Shown: piece by piece, positions 32,052-42,601 of the stretch
Layout: each line of letters opens with the position of its first letter
How positions within the stretch are numbered: position 1 is the stretch's first letter
Source: Prochlorococcus sp. AG-355-B18
Lineage (GTDB): Bacteria; Cyanobacteriota; Cyanobacteriia; PCC-6307; Cyanobiaceae
Assembly: GCA_003280965.1 (NCBI GenBank)
Contig: QCDI01000008.1
Coordinates: 26,780 to 90,779, forward strand
Length of the DNA: 64,000 nt
Direction: 5' to 3'
The notes under the pieces: generated by a model
What the model saw: only the letters and a program-made list of their open reading frames with translations
What the model was told of the DNA's origin: nothing
The model's database searches: none
Program-made: the position numbers and the translations under genes

Positions 32052-32951
32052 TTAAAGAGAATCAACCCAATCCAAAATATGCTGATTTACTAATTCAGGT
32101 ATTTCATCATGAGGACAATGTCCTGCATCAAGAATAATTTCTTTTGTATTCTTTGGTGTAAATTTTTTATATAGATTTCTTTTTTTTGGAGTGTTCATCC
32201 ATGGATCTTTCCCTCCCCAAAGAAGTAACAATGGTGCATTAAGTTTTGCGAATAGCTTATCCAAAGGCAATCCCTGAGGCCCTGATGGGTTAAATACACT
32301 TCTAAAAACATTAAAAGCTCCGAAATCTAGAGAAGGCTTCCTTATTGACTCAACTAAAAAATCATCAACATTTTTTTTATCAACATAAACTTGATTTAAA
32401 GTTTTTTTTATATTTTTTGGATTTCTCATATTCTCAAAAATCAAACGTTGAAGAACAATATTTTTCAAAAATATGCCGGCGACTGTTTCAATTGAAGTTT
32501 GCAACATATTCTTTTTGATAGTTTTTTCTTCACTAAAATATCCAGCAGCATTAAGTAAGATCACTCCTGCGTTTAACTCATTTAATTCAGCACCAGCTGC
32601 TAATGCGGCATAACCACCTAATGAATTTCCAACAACAATTGTAGGTTTTTTTATTTTCTCCTTTACATAAGCAACAACCTGATCCTTCCATAAAGATCCT
32701 GAGTATTCGACATCTTGAGGCTTAGGACTTTTTCCAAAACCAATTAAATCCATAGCATGAACTTCGTATTTTGTACTCAAAACAGGGATATTAAATCTCC
32801 AATGATCCGTAGAAGCTCCGAAACCATGTATTAATAAAATTGCACATTCTTTCGATATTTGCTCGGGCTTAGCGGAAACTGTATGAATTGGGTAATTTAA
32901 AAAATTCCAGTTATAATTTACACCATTATCTATAAGAGCTGACTTTTCCAT
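32052..32951 (-). CDS. Alpha/beta-fold hydrolase
   Basis: LIHGFGAS, GNSLGG nucleophile elbow, WGGKDPW, GHCPHDE. Confidence 0.9.
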   Translation of the reverse strand: MEKSALIDNGVNYNWNFLNYPIHTVSAKPEQISKECAILLIHGFGASTDHWRFNIPVLSTKYEVHAMDLIGFGKSPKPQDVEYSGSLWKDQVVAYVKEKIKKPTIVVGNSLGGYAALAAGAELNELNAGVILLNAAGYFSEEKTIKKNMLQTSIETVAGIFLKNIVLQRLIFENMRNPKNIKKTLNQVYVDKKNVDDFLVESIRKPSLDFGAFNVFRSVFNPSGPQGLPLDKLFAKLNAPLLLLWGGKDPWMNTPKKRNLYKKFTPKNTKEIILDAGHCPHDEIPELVNQHILDWVDSL

Positions 32952-32994
32952 TCATTGATAATTTTATTTTGATTGATTCTAGTAAACTTATTTC

Positions 32995-34362
32995 CTAAAG
33001 AAGACCCACAGGATCAGCTGCAACATCATCTGAAATTTTATTGCCATCATTGGGAGGCTTATCTTTTAGCACAATTCTTAAGAGTACAGGTGCAAGAAAT
33101 GTAGTTCCTATAACCATTAATAAAATAGCTGCTTCAAGAGAGGGAGTTAATAACTTAGCGCTTGTTCCTAGCCCAAGAAAAATTAAACCAACCTCTCCTC
33201 TAGGCATCATACCCAAGCCTACAACTAATCTATTTGTAGGTTTATCACTTGAAAATACCCATCCGGCTGCAATTTTTCCAATAATCGCAACAACTAATAA
33301 AAATCCTGCAACTACAAGAGCTGATCTGCTTGTTGGATCAAGTGGATTGATAACAGATAAATCCATTCCAGCTCCAACTAATACAAAGAAAATAGTTGCG
33401 AATAGGGAAACTAAAGGTAAAACAGATTGTTGTATTGCATGATTATTTTTAGAACTACTAAGAATCAATCCAGCTGCAAAAGCCCCTAAAGCTGCTTCCA
33501 ATCCAATAGCTGTTGCCACGAAACAACACAATACAAGTATCACAAAAGAAGCTACCACCACGGCTCCAGGCGCCTTTAATCTATCTAATAACCAATCAAA
33601 ACCTGGAGCAGCTGTTCTGCTTAATGCAATAGCAGCAATAACAAACACCACAGCTGCTGCAACTAATTTAACAATAGGAGCAATTTCTAAAGTACCTCCG
33701 GCAGCAAGGGCGACTACAACTGCCAGAATAACAATTCCCAAAATATCGTCTAATACTGCTGCACCAATAACAATCTGTCCTTCTCTAGTTTTCAAATATC
33801 CCAATTCACCGAAAACACTTGCAGTAATTCCTATACTTGTCGCTGTCATAGATGCTCCAGCAAAAACTGCTGGAATTAGATCTACTTGGAAAATGAACAT
33901 TAATCCAAGAGTTCCAAATGCAAACGGTAAAATTACGCCAGCCATAGCAACAGTAAAAGCTTGAGCACCGACAGCTACCAATTCCTCTAACTCACTTTCT
34001 AAGCCTGTTAAAAATAAAAGTGCATATAAACCAAGTGTTGCTACTGCTTGGAGCGAGGGAAAGCTTTCGAAATAAACATCAGGTACTGCTTCTGGGGGGA
34101 TTGACGCTAATGAGCTAATAACATTCACAAGTCCCTCATTTAGTTCAGTTCCAGCCGAGGGTGGTATCAACAAATGAAATCCTGATGCCCCTATTACAAC
34201 CCCTGCAAGAAGCTCACCTACTATCGTTGGTAAACTTAGCCTTACCAAAACTTCTGCTAATGCTCTTGCAGCTAAAAATATTAATAGAAACCTTATAACT
34301 CCTATCAACGTTTCAGCAACTTCTAAATCATGTGCACTTAATTCAGCAAGTAAGGAATACAT
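32995..34362 (-). CDS. Na+/H+ antiporter, CPA2 (NapA/NhaS3-like)
   Basis: Multi-TM; GELLAG, ATSIGIT, AAVLDDILG, GAFAAG, MMPRGEVG. Confidence 0.92.
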   Translation of the reverse strand: MYSLLAELSAHDLEVAETLIGVIRFLLIFLAARALAEVLVRLSLPTIVGELLAGVVIGASGFHLLIPPSAGTELNEGLVNVISSLASIPPEAVPDVYFESFPSLQAVATLGLYALLFLTGLESELEELVAVGAQAFTVAMAGVILPFAFGTLGLMFIFQVDLIPAVFAGASMTATSIGITASVFGELGYLKTREGQIVIGAAVLDDILGIVILAVVVALAAGGTLEIAPIVKLVAAAVVFVIAAIALSRTAAPGFDWLLDRLKAPGAVVVASFVILVLCCFVATAIGLEAALGAFAAGLILSSSKNNHAIQQSVLPLVSLFATIFFVLVGAGMDLSVINPLDPTSRSALVVAGFLLVVAIIGKIAAGWVFSSDKPTNRLVVGLGMMPRGEVGLIFLGLGTSAKLLTPSLEAAILLMVIGTTFLAPVLLRIVLKDKPPNDGNKISDDVAADPVGLL

Positions 34363-34516
34363 TTAAAATTAGAGAAAAAATAAACTACATAATTGGAAGA
34401 TAGTTTATTAAGGGCCCACTTTAAGAAATATGTAAGAAAAAAGCAAAAATACTCAACAAGTGTGGATCTGAAGTTACAACAAAGAAATTTTCTAAAAAAT
34501 GGCTATTGTTTGATAT

Positions 34517-37063
34517 ATGGCCAATCAAATGAATCCCAACGAACCCTTCGATCTACGTTTGCCTACTCCAGGCTGCTACCTAGATCCTGAGAAAGCTGGC
34601 ATGGATTCTGAAGCTGTTTTCCAAGGAATGACAGCGCATCTCTTTTATACACTTGGAAAATTAGCTACCTCTGCAAGTCCTCACGACTTATACATGGCTT
34701 TAAGTTACGCAGTTAAAGATAGGCTTATGACTAGATATTTAGCCAGTCAGGAAGTCATAAGAAAAAAACCACAAAAAACAGTCGCTTACTTATCAGCAGA
34801 ATTTTTAATAGGCCCTCAATTAAGTAATAATCTTCTCAATCTTGGAATAACTCAAGAGGCAGAAGATGCTCTAAAGAGATTCGGTATTGAATCATTATCA
34901 ACAATTCTTGAAGTAGAAGAAGAGCCCGGACTAGGTAATGGTGGACTAGGCAGATTGGCTGCATGTTACATGGAATCATTAGCTTCTCTACAAGTTCCAG
35001 CTGTTGGTTATGGTATTCGCTACGAATTTGGCATATTCAATCAACTAATTAGAGATGGTTGGCAAGTTGAAGTAACCGATAAATGGCTGAAAGGTGGATG
35101 GCCATGGGAACTTCCACAACCGGACGAATCATGTTTCGTTGGTTTTGGAGGCAGAACTGAAAGTTTTAGAGATGATAAAGGAAACTATAGATCTAGATGG
35201 ATTCCTTCAGAACATGCAATTGGAGTACCTCATGATGTTCCAGTTTTAGGATACAGAGTCAATACTTGTGACAGATTAAGACTGTGGAGAGCTGATGCAA
35301 CAGAAAGTTTTGACTTTTATGCATTCAATATTGGTGATTATTATGGGGCAGTTGAAGAAAAAGTTGCATCGGAAACTCTTTCAAAAGTTCTCTATCCAAA
35401 TGATGGAACTGACGAAGGTAGAAGATTAAGACTAAAACAACAACACTTTTTTGTAAGTTGTTCCCTTCAGGATATGTTGAGAAGCCTTGAAAAAAGATCA
35501 CTAGCAATAACAGAATTCCCTAAGCATTGGACTGTCCAGTTGAATGATACTCATCCTGCTATTGCAGTTGCAGAATTAATGCGACTTCTTATTGACCAAT
35601 ATCAAATAGGTTGGGACAAAGCTTGGAACATAACAACATCCTCAGTTGCATACACCAACCACACATTATTACCAGAAGCTTTAGAAAAATGGGATTTAGG
35701 TTTATTTAATGATCTTCTTCCTCGCCATCTAGAAATTATTTATGAAATTAATTGGAGATTCCTACAACAATTAAGACTACGTTACCCAGGAGATGACAAA
35801 ATCCTTCAAAAACTTTCAATAATTGATGAAGAAGGCTCTAAATCAGTACGGATGGCTCACTTAGCTACAATTGGAGCACATCATATAAATGGAGTTGCAG
35901 CTCTTCACTCAGATCTAATAAAAAGACAACTTCTTCCTGAATTTGCAGAACTATGGCCTGAAAAATTTACAAATGTAACCAATGGGGTTACCCCAAGGAG
36001 ATGGGTTGCCCTTTCTAATCCCTCATTATCTAATCTTCTAGAAGAAGAAGTTGGTCCTAATTGGATAACAAATATGGAACTTCTTAAGAAGTTAGAAGAA
36101 AAAAAAGATGACAACAATTTTTTACAAAAATTTGAGGAAACTAAACTAAATGGCAAAAGAAAATTAGCTAGTTTTATCCATTCAAAAACTGGAATACTCG
36201 TAGATCCATCAAGTTTATTTGATGTTCAAGTTAAAAGAATTCATCAATATAAAAGGCAACACTTAAACGCCTTACAAATTATTGCTCAATATTTAAGAAT
36301 TAAAAACGGTACAAATAAATATGAAGTACCAAGAACAATAATATTCGGAGGTAAAGCTGCACCAGGTTACTTTATGGCAAAGCTAATGATTCGATTCATT
36401 AATGGTATTGCTGATGTTGTTAATTCTGATCCGGATATGGATGGTTTATTAAGGGTTGTTTTTTTACCAGACTACAACGTTAAACTTGGTGAAATAGTTT
36501 ATCCCGCAACGGATCTTTCAGAACAAATTTCAACTGCTGGAAAAGAAGCATCTGGAACTGGAAATATGAAGTTTGCCATGAATGGAGCGTTAACTATTGG
36601 AACCTTAGATGGAGCAAATGTGGAATTAAGAGATCTTGTGAAAAAAGAGAATTTCTTTTTATTTGGTAAAACTGAAAGCGAAATTATGGATTTAAAAAAT
36701 AATAATTACTCCCCCAAAACATTTATTGATCAATGCACAGAGCTTAAAGAGGTAATACGCCTAATTGAAATTGGGCACTTCAGTAATGGGGATAAAGAAT
36801 TATTCAAACCTCTTTTAAATAGCTTGACTGGACATGACCCATTTTTTGTTATGGCTGACTTTGAAGACTACTTAAATAAACAGGATGTAGTTAGTGAATG
36901 CTGGAATAATAAAAAATCTTGGAATAAAATGGCATTATTAAATACTGCTAGATCAGGATATTTTTCTTCAGATAGATCTATAAGAGAGTACTGCAAGTCC
37001 ATTTGGAAAGTATCCCCAATGCCAGTAGAAATTACTTGCGATGTTGAAGAATTAACTAATTAA
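34517..37063 (+). CDS. glgP: Glycogen phosphorylase
   Basis: PGLGNGGLGRLAAC, LNDTHP, VTNGVTPRRW, EASGTGNMK (PLP lysine), FSSDR. Confidence 0.98.
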   Translation: MANQMNPNEPFDLRLPTPGCYLDPEKAGMDSEAVFQGMTAHLFYTLGKLATSASPHDLYMALSYAVKDRLMTRYLASQEVIRKKPQKTVAYLSAEFLIGPQLSNNLLNLGITQEAEDALKRFGIESLSTILEVEEEPGLGNGGLGRLAACYMESLASLQVPAVGYGIRYEFGIFNQLIRDGWQVEVTDKWLKGGWPWELPQPDESCFVGFGGRTESFRDDKGNYRSRWIPSEHAIGVPHDVPVLGYRVNTCDRLRLWRADATESFDFYAFNIGDYYGAVEEKVASETLSKVLYPNDGTDEGRRLRLKQQHFFVSCSLQDMLRSLEKRSLAITEFPKHWTVQLNDTHPAIAVAELMRLLIDQYQIGWDKAWNITTSSVAYTNHTLLPEALEKWDLGLFNDLLPRHLEIIYEINWRFLQQLRLRYPGDDKILQKLSIIDEEGSKSVRMAHLATIGAHHINGVAALHSDLIKRQLLPEFAELWPEKFTNVTNGVTPRRWVALSNPSLSNLLEEEVGPNWITNMELLKKLEEKKDDNNFLQKFEETKLNGKRKLASFIHSKTGILVDPSSLFDVQVKRIHQYKRQHLNALQIIAQYLRIKNGTNKYEVPRTIIFGGKAAPGYFMAKLMIRFINGIADVVNSDPDMDGLLRVVFLPDYNVKLGEIVYPATDLSEQISTAGKEASGTGNMKFAMNGALTIGTLDGANVELRDLVKKENFFLFGKTESEIMDLKNNNYSPKTFIDQCTELKEVIRLIEIGHFSNGDKELFKPLLNSLTGHDPFFVMADFEDYLNKQDVVSECWNNKKSWNKMALLNTARSGYFSSDRSIREYCKSIWKVSPMPVEITCDVEELTN

Positions 37064-37511
37064 TATTTTTCTTATCTGGCGAATCTGGGGTTTGATGAAA
37101 TAACCTGTTTAAAATTAATCTATCCATATTTAATGGATCAGGTGCTAATTCATTTGCAATTTCTTTAAATTTTGATTCAATATTGTTTGAAATTTTTGTA
37201 TCAAATATTCTTTCCATTAAGGCTTCAATTGAATATAAATAAGCATTAACACTTTCAAGCTCATCTAAAGCTTCAGTAATTTCTATATCGGCAATATGTT
37301 TATCTTCTAAGCTTATATCTTCATTAGATTCTCTTTCGGATAATTTTCTCTGTAATTCATTAGTCACCTTACTACAAAGAGTTCTAAAAGATTGAATAGA
37401 GGCCCAATTCAATTCTTGCTGCTGCTTAAAAGTAGGAAATTCTCTAATAAGACGATCATGCTCTTTATAAAATCTCTGACAATCAGAGCATTGACATGGT
37501 TCTTCAGTCAA
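37056..37511 (-). CDS. Hypothetical helical protein with N-terminal CxCxxC
   Basis: 151-aa ORF, TTG start, MTEEPCQCSDCQRF..; follows the 37543-37875 gene after 31 nt. Confidence 0.7.
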   Translation of the reverse strand: MTEEPCQCSDCQRFYKEHDRLIREFPTFKQQQELNWASIQSFRTLCSKVTNELQRKLSERESNEDISLEDKHIADIEITEALDELESVNAYLYSIEALMERIFDTKISNNIESKFKEIANELAPDPLNMDRLILNRLFHQTPDSPDKKNIN

Positions 37512-37542
37512 AAGAAAATATAACTCTATTTATATCATCTCA

Positions 37543-37875
37543 CTATTTGGGCATAATTGTAGGACCATCAAATAATTCGTCATTTTCATCAAGTGAATCT
37601 GGACTATCTGGCAAAGGTATCTCAATACTAGTAACCAAGTTGATAACATCTCTTAATCTCATAGAATCAGCAAACCATCCCATCGCTTGTTCGGCATCGC
37701 CTCTTTTCTCAGCATCATTTGCTTGATCTTCGTGAGCTTCTGCCAATAAAGCAAGCCAGCATAAGCATCTTGCCTGAACTATTGAAAGATCTAAATCATT
37801 AGGTTGGGATTTAGAAATACGTTCATGCTCTTGTTGGATTAAGAGTTTTAAACGCATATCATGCAACTTAGCCAT
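37543..37875 (-). CDS. Hypothetical helical protein (110 aa)
   Basis: ATG start with TATAAT just upstream; ARCLCWLALLAEAHE..AMGWFAD; acidic tail. Confidence 0.75.
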   Translation of the reverse strand: MAKLHDMRLKLLIQQEHERISKSQPNDLDLSIVQARCLCWLALLAEAHEDQANDAEKRGDAEQAMGWFADSMRLRDVINLVTSIEIPLPDSPDSLDENDELFDGPTIMPK

Positions 37876-37891
37876 AAAAGATTTATTACTA

Positions 37892-37897
37892 ATTATA
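37892..37897 (-). promoter_or_regulatory. Putative -10 element (TATAAT) for the 37875 gene
   Basis: Perfect TATAAT on the minus strand ending 16 nt before the ATG. Confidence 0.5.
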
Positions 37898-37927
37898 CGC
37901 TAGCTAGAGAGTAGCAGGTTTGCACAC

Positions 37928-37943
37928 ATACTACATATAGTTT
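37928..37943. promoter_or_regulatory. NrdR-box-like palindrome ATACTACATATAGTTT
   Basis: 14/16 match by eye to the NrdR consensus as I recall it (ACACWAYATMTWGTGT); intergenic, upstream of the putative promoter. Confidence 0.45.
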
Positions 37944-37953
37944 ATTACTTTTA

Positions 37954-38027
<74 letters not shown>

Positions 38028-38065
38028 AATAGATGTTTTTTAGAATAATAAGTACTATGCTAAAT

Positions 38066-38440
38066 GAAAGCAGGAGAGGCAATCGCAAAAAAGTTTTATT
38101 TTGTTTCCAAAATAAAACTTTTTTGAGGAAAGTCCGGGCTCCCACGTGGTCAGGCTTGCTGGGTAATTCCCAGTGCGGGTAACCGTGAGGATAGTGCCAC
38201 AGAAACATACCGCCTAATACTTATGTACGGTAAGGGTGCAAGGGTGCGGTAAGAGCGCACCAGCAACATTGAGAAGTGTTGGCTAGGTAAACCCCGGCTG
38301 GGAGCAAGGCTTAGTAGATTAACGACCATTACAAAATCTACTTATAAGCGCCGCTTGAGACTGTGAAGTAATTCCAGCCCTAGATAGATGATTGCCCATC
38401 TTATTGAAGATGAACAGAACCCGGCTTATGACCTGCTTTC
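38066..38440 (+). ncRNA. rnpB: RNase P RNA (type A)
   Basis: P1 GAAAGCAGG/CCTGCTTTC; conserved GAGGAAAGTCCGGGC, AGTGCCACAGAAA, GGTAAACCCC, AACAGAACCCGGCTTA. Confidence 0.97.
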
Positions 38441-38465
38441 TTATTGATGTGATCACTTTAATTAA

Positions 38466-39215
38466 ATGAAAAATATAATTAATGAAAAAAGAATTAATCA
38501 AATAATTTCTTTCGTAAATTCTTTAAAAATTCAATCAAAAAGATTTTCTGAAATCATTAAAGAACAAAATGCTTCCGTTATTAAAGATTTTAATCAAGCA
38601 TTAACCCATTCCTCAGATAACAAAATCATAAATTACGAAAAATTAGAATTTTTTGGAGATGCAGTACTTAGATTAGCTGCATCTAATTTTATTGAAAAAA
38701 AGTATCCTCAAATGAGCGTAGGAGAAAGATCAGAGCTAAGAGCACAAATTGTAAGTGACGAATGGTTAACTAAATTAGGAAAAAAAATTAACATAGAGAA
38801 AGTAATAATCAAAGGTCCCAAAGCTCTTGGTGATGAAAATTCAAAAAACACCATTATCGGTGAGGCCACAGAAGCCTTAATTGGAGCCCTTTATAAGTGC
38901 TTTAATTCAATTCAAGAAGTAAATTTGTGGTTAGATGATATTTGGGAAGAAGAAGCAGAAATATTACTAAAAGCTCCATATAAATTCAAAGCTAAGTCAG
39001 TATTACAAGAGTGGTGTCAAAGTAAAGGTTTTGATTTGCCAGTATATAAAATAATTGAAGTCTCCAAGAAAAATGGAGATCCAAAAAGATTTTCCTGCGA
39101 TATATTAATCAAAGGATTAAAAGAATCATCTGCATTTGGTAAATCTCATAAACAAGCTGAGAAAAATGCAGCTAAGGTTTTGATTGAAAAGTTTATAACT
39201 ACAGGTAAGTACTAA
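38466..39215 (+). CDS. rnc: Ribonuclease III
   Basis: ALTHSS, YEKLEFFGDAVL, EALIGA; dsRBD KSVLQEWCQ..GKSHKQAEKNAA. Confidence 0.93.
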   Translation: MKNIINEKRINQIISFVNSLKIQSKRFSEIIKEQNASVIKDFNQALTHSSDNKIINYEKLEFFGDAVLRLAASNFIEKKYPQMSVGERSELRAQIVSDEWLTKLGKKINIEKVIIKGPKALGDENSKNTIIGEATEALIGALYKCFNSIQEVNLWLDDIWEEEAEILLKAPYKFKAKSVLQEWCQSKGFDLPVYKIIEVSKKNGDPKRFSCDILIKGLKESSAFGKSHKQAEKNAAKVLIEKFITTGKY

Positions 39216-39218
39216 TTT

Positions 39219-39404
39219 TTACACTATTTCTAAATTACTTAGTTGAAAAGTTATGAGTTTATCCCAATTACCACCCTCAAAAAGAACAGCTGCTCTTTTT
39301 TTTGTAACTCTTTGTACAAATCCTTTGTATCCTCTGTATATGGAGTCAGAATCTTTTACCACAACAAAAGAACCTGGGAGTATAGGTTTAGTCGATAATT
39401 CCAT
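39219..39404 (-). CDS. ndhS: NDH-1 complex subunit S
   Basis: [38 protein letters not shown]. Confidence 0.92.
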   Translation of the reverse strand: MELSTKPILPGSFVVVKDSDSIYRGYKGFVQRVTKKRAAVLFEGGNWDKLITFQLSNLEIV

Positions 39405-39428
39405 CAAAAACTCTCTTTACTTCACTAT

Positions 39429-39968
39429 ATGATAAATAAAGATGAATGGTTGATTGTTGGATTAATAACATCATGTCATGGAATTAATGGACAAGTAAAA
39501 GTAAAATCTTTAAGTGATTTTGAAGAAAGATTTATAAAACCGGGATTGAGATGGTTACAAAAAGAAAATGAACCACCATCAAAAATAGAACTTATCTCTG
39601 GTTTCAAAAATCCTGGTAAAGAAACCTTTATTCTTAGGTTCAAAGGAATAAGTACAAGAAATCATGCAGAGAAACTTAAAAATTGTAAAATACTAGTAAA
39701 AACGAACAAACTTCCTAAATTAAACAAAGAAGAATACCACTTGTTAGAACTTATAAATTTGCAAGTAAAGATATTGGAAAATGAAGAATTAAAAATAATT
39801 GGAAAGGTTATTGATTTAGAAAATGAAAAAAATAATTTACTTGTTATTGAATTATTAAAAGATCAAAAAAAAGTTTTAGTGCCATTTGTTAAAGAAATAG
39901 TCCCATTAATAGATATAAAAAATAATTTTATTATGATTAATCCTCCGAAAGGACTTTTGGAACTATAA
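39429..39968 (+). CDS. rimM: Ribosome maturation factor RimM
   Basis: [41 protein letters not shown]. Confidence 0.93.
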   Translation: MINKDEWLIVGLITSCHGINGQVKVKSLSDFEERFIKPGLRWLQKENEPPSKIELISGFKNPGKETFILRFKGISTRNHAEKLKNCKILVKTNKLPKLNKEEYHLLELINLQVKILENEELKIIGKVIDLENEKNNLLVIELLKDQKKVLVPFVKEIVPLIDIKNNFIMINPPKGLLEL

Positions 39969-40000
39969 TTTTTCTGAAAATAAAAATTTATAGGTATTGA

Positions 40001-41896
40001 TTATTCGACAGTTACACTTTTAGCTAAATTTCTTGGTTGATCAACATCAAGACCTCTATGAGCAGCGATATGGTAACTTAACAATTGCAAAGGTATGATG
40101 TTAAGTAAAGGCGAAACCCATTCAGTAGAGGAAGGTATTTTCATTAGATAGTCAAAGATTTCAGTTCCATTACATTCAGGAGCAATCCCAATCATAAATG
40201 AATCTCTAGCTTTTGCTTCTTGAGCATTACTAATAACTTTATCAAAAACTTGGCCCGGGGAGGCAATAGAAATTACAGGAACTTTTTTATCTAACAAGGC
40301 TATTGGTCCATGTTTCATTTCACCAGCTGGATATCCAGCTGCATGAATGTAGCTAATTTCTTTCAGTTTTAAAGCTCCTTCCAGAGCAATAGGATAATTT
40401 ATACCTCTTCCTAAAAAAATTACGTCTTTAATATTAAAAAAATCATGTGCTAACTTTTCTGATGATTCATTATGTTGCTCTAAGAGATCTTCTATTAATG
40501 GAGGCAATTTTATAAGTTCTGTTATTAATTTATCTACTTCATCTGAACTTTGAGTACCTTTAATTTGTGCAAATTTTATAGCTAATCCATAAAATGAAAG
40601 TAATTGTCCAAAAAAAGTTTTTGTAGCTGCTACTCCAACTTCTATCCCCGCACAGATATCAATTATATTTAAGACTTGTCTCCCTATTGAGCTTTCTTTT
40701 CTATTTGTTATTGCAATGAGATTAGGTGTAAATTTTTTATCTTCTTTTGAAGACCGTCTTTTAATTTCCATATCGATAGCTGCTATTGTATCTGCTGTTT
40801 CTCCAGATTGAGTTACTCCAATAGTTAATGTATTTGGTAACAATGGAGGTGGTGAATATCGAAATTCGCTTGCATAAAAGACATTTGTAGGAATTACTGA
40901 GAATTGTTCTAATAAAAACTTACCAACCATTGCAGCATGTTTACTTGTGCCACAAGCAATGATTTCAATTCTCTCTATTGATTCAAAAAACTTTGTATCA
41001 AAGGGATAGTTTATTTGATATTGGCCACTTTCTAAATTTTTAATTAAATAATTTTTCAACCAATTTTTTGCAGTCTCAGGCTGATCATAAATCTCTTTTA
41101 GCATGAAATGTTTGAAATTCATCTTGTCCATTATTTGCTCTGAAACTTTCAGAGAAACTGGACTTCTATATTGTCTTTCATTATTTGAGTCATATATTTC
41201 TATTCCAAGAGGGGTTAATAAAGCTATTTCCTCATCCTCCATAGGCAGAATAATATTTGTAAAATTAGCAATAGCTGGAGTATCACTTGCACATATAAAT
41301 TCTCCTTCACCCAAACCAATAATTAATGGTGCTTGTCTTCTTGCAACTACAAGAGCAGTTGGAGCATCAGCCCATAAAACTGCTAATGCATACGATCCTT
41401 CCAAATCAGATATTACATTTCTCACAGCAACTAATAATGTTGAACCATTTTTATCAAGATTAAGTTTACTTAATGTATTTAATTCTCTTTGAATTAGATG
41501 TGGAATTACCTCGGTATCTGTATCAGAATTGAATATAACGCCCTCTTTTTGTAATTTATTTTTTAAGTCTTGAAAATTTTCAATAATACCATTTTGAACA
41601 ACTGCAATCGTTCCTGAACTATTAGTATGAGGATGAGCATTTTTTATTTCAGGTTTTCCATGAGTTGCCCAACGGGTATGCCCAATACCTACAGTACCTG
41701 GCATATTCTTATCATTAAGATTTTTGATTAAATTTTTAAGCTTTCCCTCTGCTTTGTTACAAATAATATTTTTTGTCTCAGAATTTACAATAGCAATACC
41801 AGCAGAGTCATATCCCCTATACTCAAGTTTTTCTAAACCATTCATTAATAATGGTAAAGCTTTTTTATAACCAGTAACAGCAACTATTCCACACAT
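40001..41896 (-). CDS. glmS: Glutamine--fructose-6-phosphate aminotransferase
   Basis: MCGIV N-terminus (ATG at 41896), EYRGYDSAG, GHTRWATHG, QSGETADT, PRNLAKSVTVE. Confidence 0.98.
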   Translation of the reverse strand: MCGIVAVTGYKKALPLLMNGLEKLEYRGYDSAGIAIVNSETKNIICNKAEGKLKNLIKNLNDKNMPGTVGIGHTRWATHGKPEIKNAHPHTNSSGTIAVVQNGIIENFQDLKNKLQKEGVIFNSDTDTEVIPHLIQRELNTLSKLNLDKNGSTLLVAVRNVISDLEGSYALAVLWADAPTALVVARRQAPLIIGLGEGEFICASDTPAIANFTNIILPMEDEEIALLTPLGIEIYDSNNERQYRSPVSLKVSEQIMDKMNFKHFMLKEIYDQPETAKNWLKNYLIKNLESGQYQINYPFDTKFFESIERIEIIACGTSKHAAMVGKFLLEQFSVIPTNVFYASEFRYSPPPLLPNTLTIGVTQSGETADTIAAIDMEIKRRSSKEDKKFTPNLIAITNRKESSIGRQVLNIIDICAGIEVGVAATKTFFGQLLSFYGLAIKFAQIKGTQSSDEVDKLITELIKLPPLIEDLLEQHNESSEKLAHDFFNIKDVIFLGRGINYPIALEGALKLKEISYIHAAGYPAGEMKHGPIALLDKKVPVISIASPGQVFDKVISNAQEAKARDSFMIGIAPECNGTEIFDYLMKIPSSTEWVSPLLNIIPLQLLSYHIAAHRGLDVDQPRNLAKSVTVE

Positions 41897-41976
41897 ACGG
41901 TAATTTTTTTTCAATTATATTGAAAAAAAATACGTATTTATTAAAACATGGACTCTCTTAAAACTGCACTATAAAA

Positions 41977-42264
<288 letters not shown>

Positions 42265-42355
42265 TTACAAAGAAATTAAAAAAATTAAGATATGCTTCAC
42301 TCTTGTTAACTCTAGGGCATAAAATCATAAAGATAATTAGTAATTTCCAGAAACT

Positions 42356-42595
42356 ATGTCACAAGAAATCCTCGAAAAAGTCTGTTCTATTGTTTCAGAA
42401 CAATTAAGTGTTGATGCTGGAGAAGTAAAGTCAGATTCAAATTTTCAAAATGATTTGGGTGCAGATTCTCTAGATACCGTTGAACTCGTGATGGCTTTAG
42501 AAGAAGCATTTGATATTGAAATTCCGGATGAAGCAGCTGAAGGAATCGCAACTGTTGGCGATGCAGTAAAATTTATCGAAGAAAAAAAAGGTTAA
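42356..42595 (+). CDS. acpP: Acyl carrier protein
   Basis: [18 protein letters not shown]. Confidence 0.98.
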   Translation: MSQEILEKVCSIVSEQLSVDAGEVKSDSNFQNDLGADSLDTVELVMALEEAFDIEIPDEAAEGIATVGDAVKFIEEKKG

Positions 42596-42601
42596 TAAAT
42601 A

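Noticed and set aside
33041..33442. Long antisense ORFs within core genes (also 41103-41492, 50170-50511, 7863-8177, 55535-55801 and others)
   Set aside because: Fully nested opposite well-supported genes, with no motifs; expected codon-bias shadows.
41897..41976. glmS ribozyme
   Set aside because: The 80-nt AT-rich spacer has no glmS ribozyme core.
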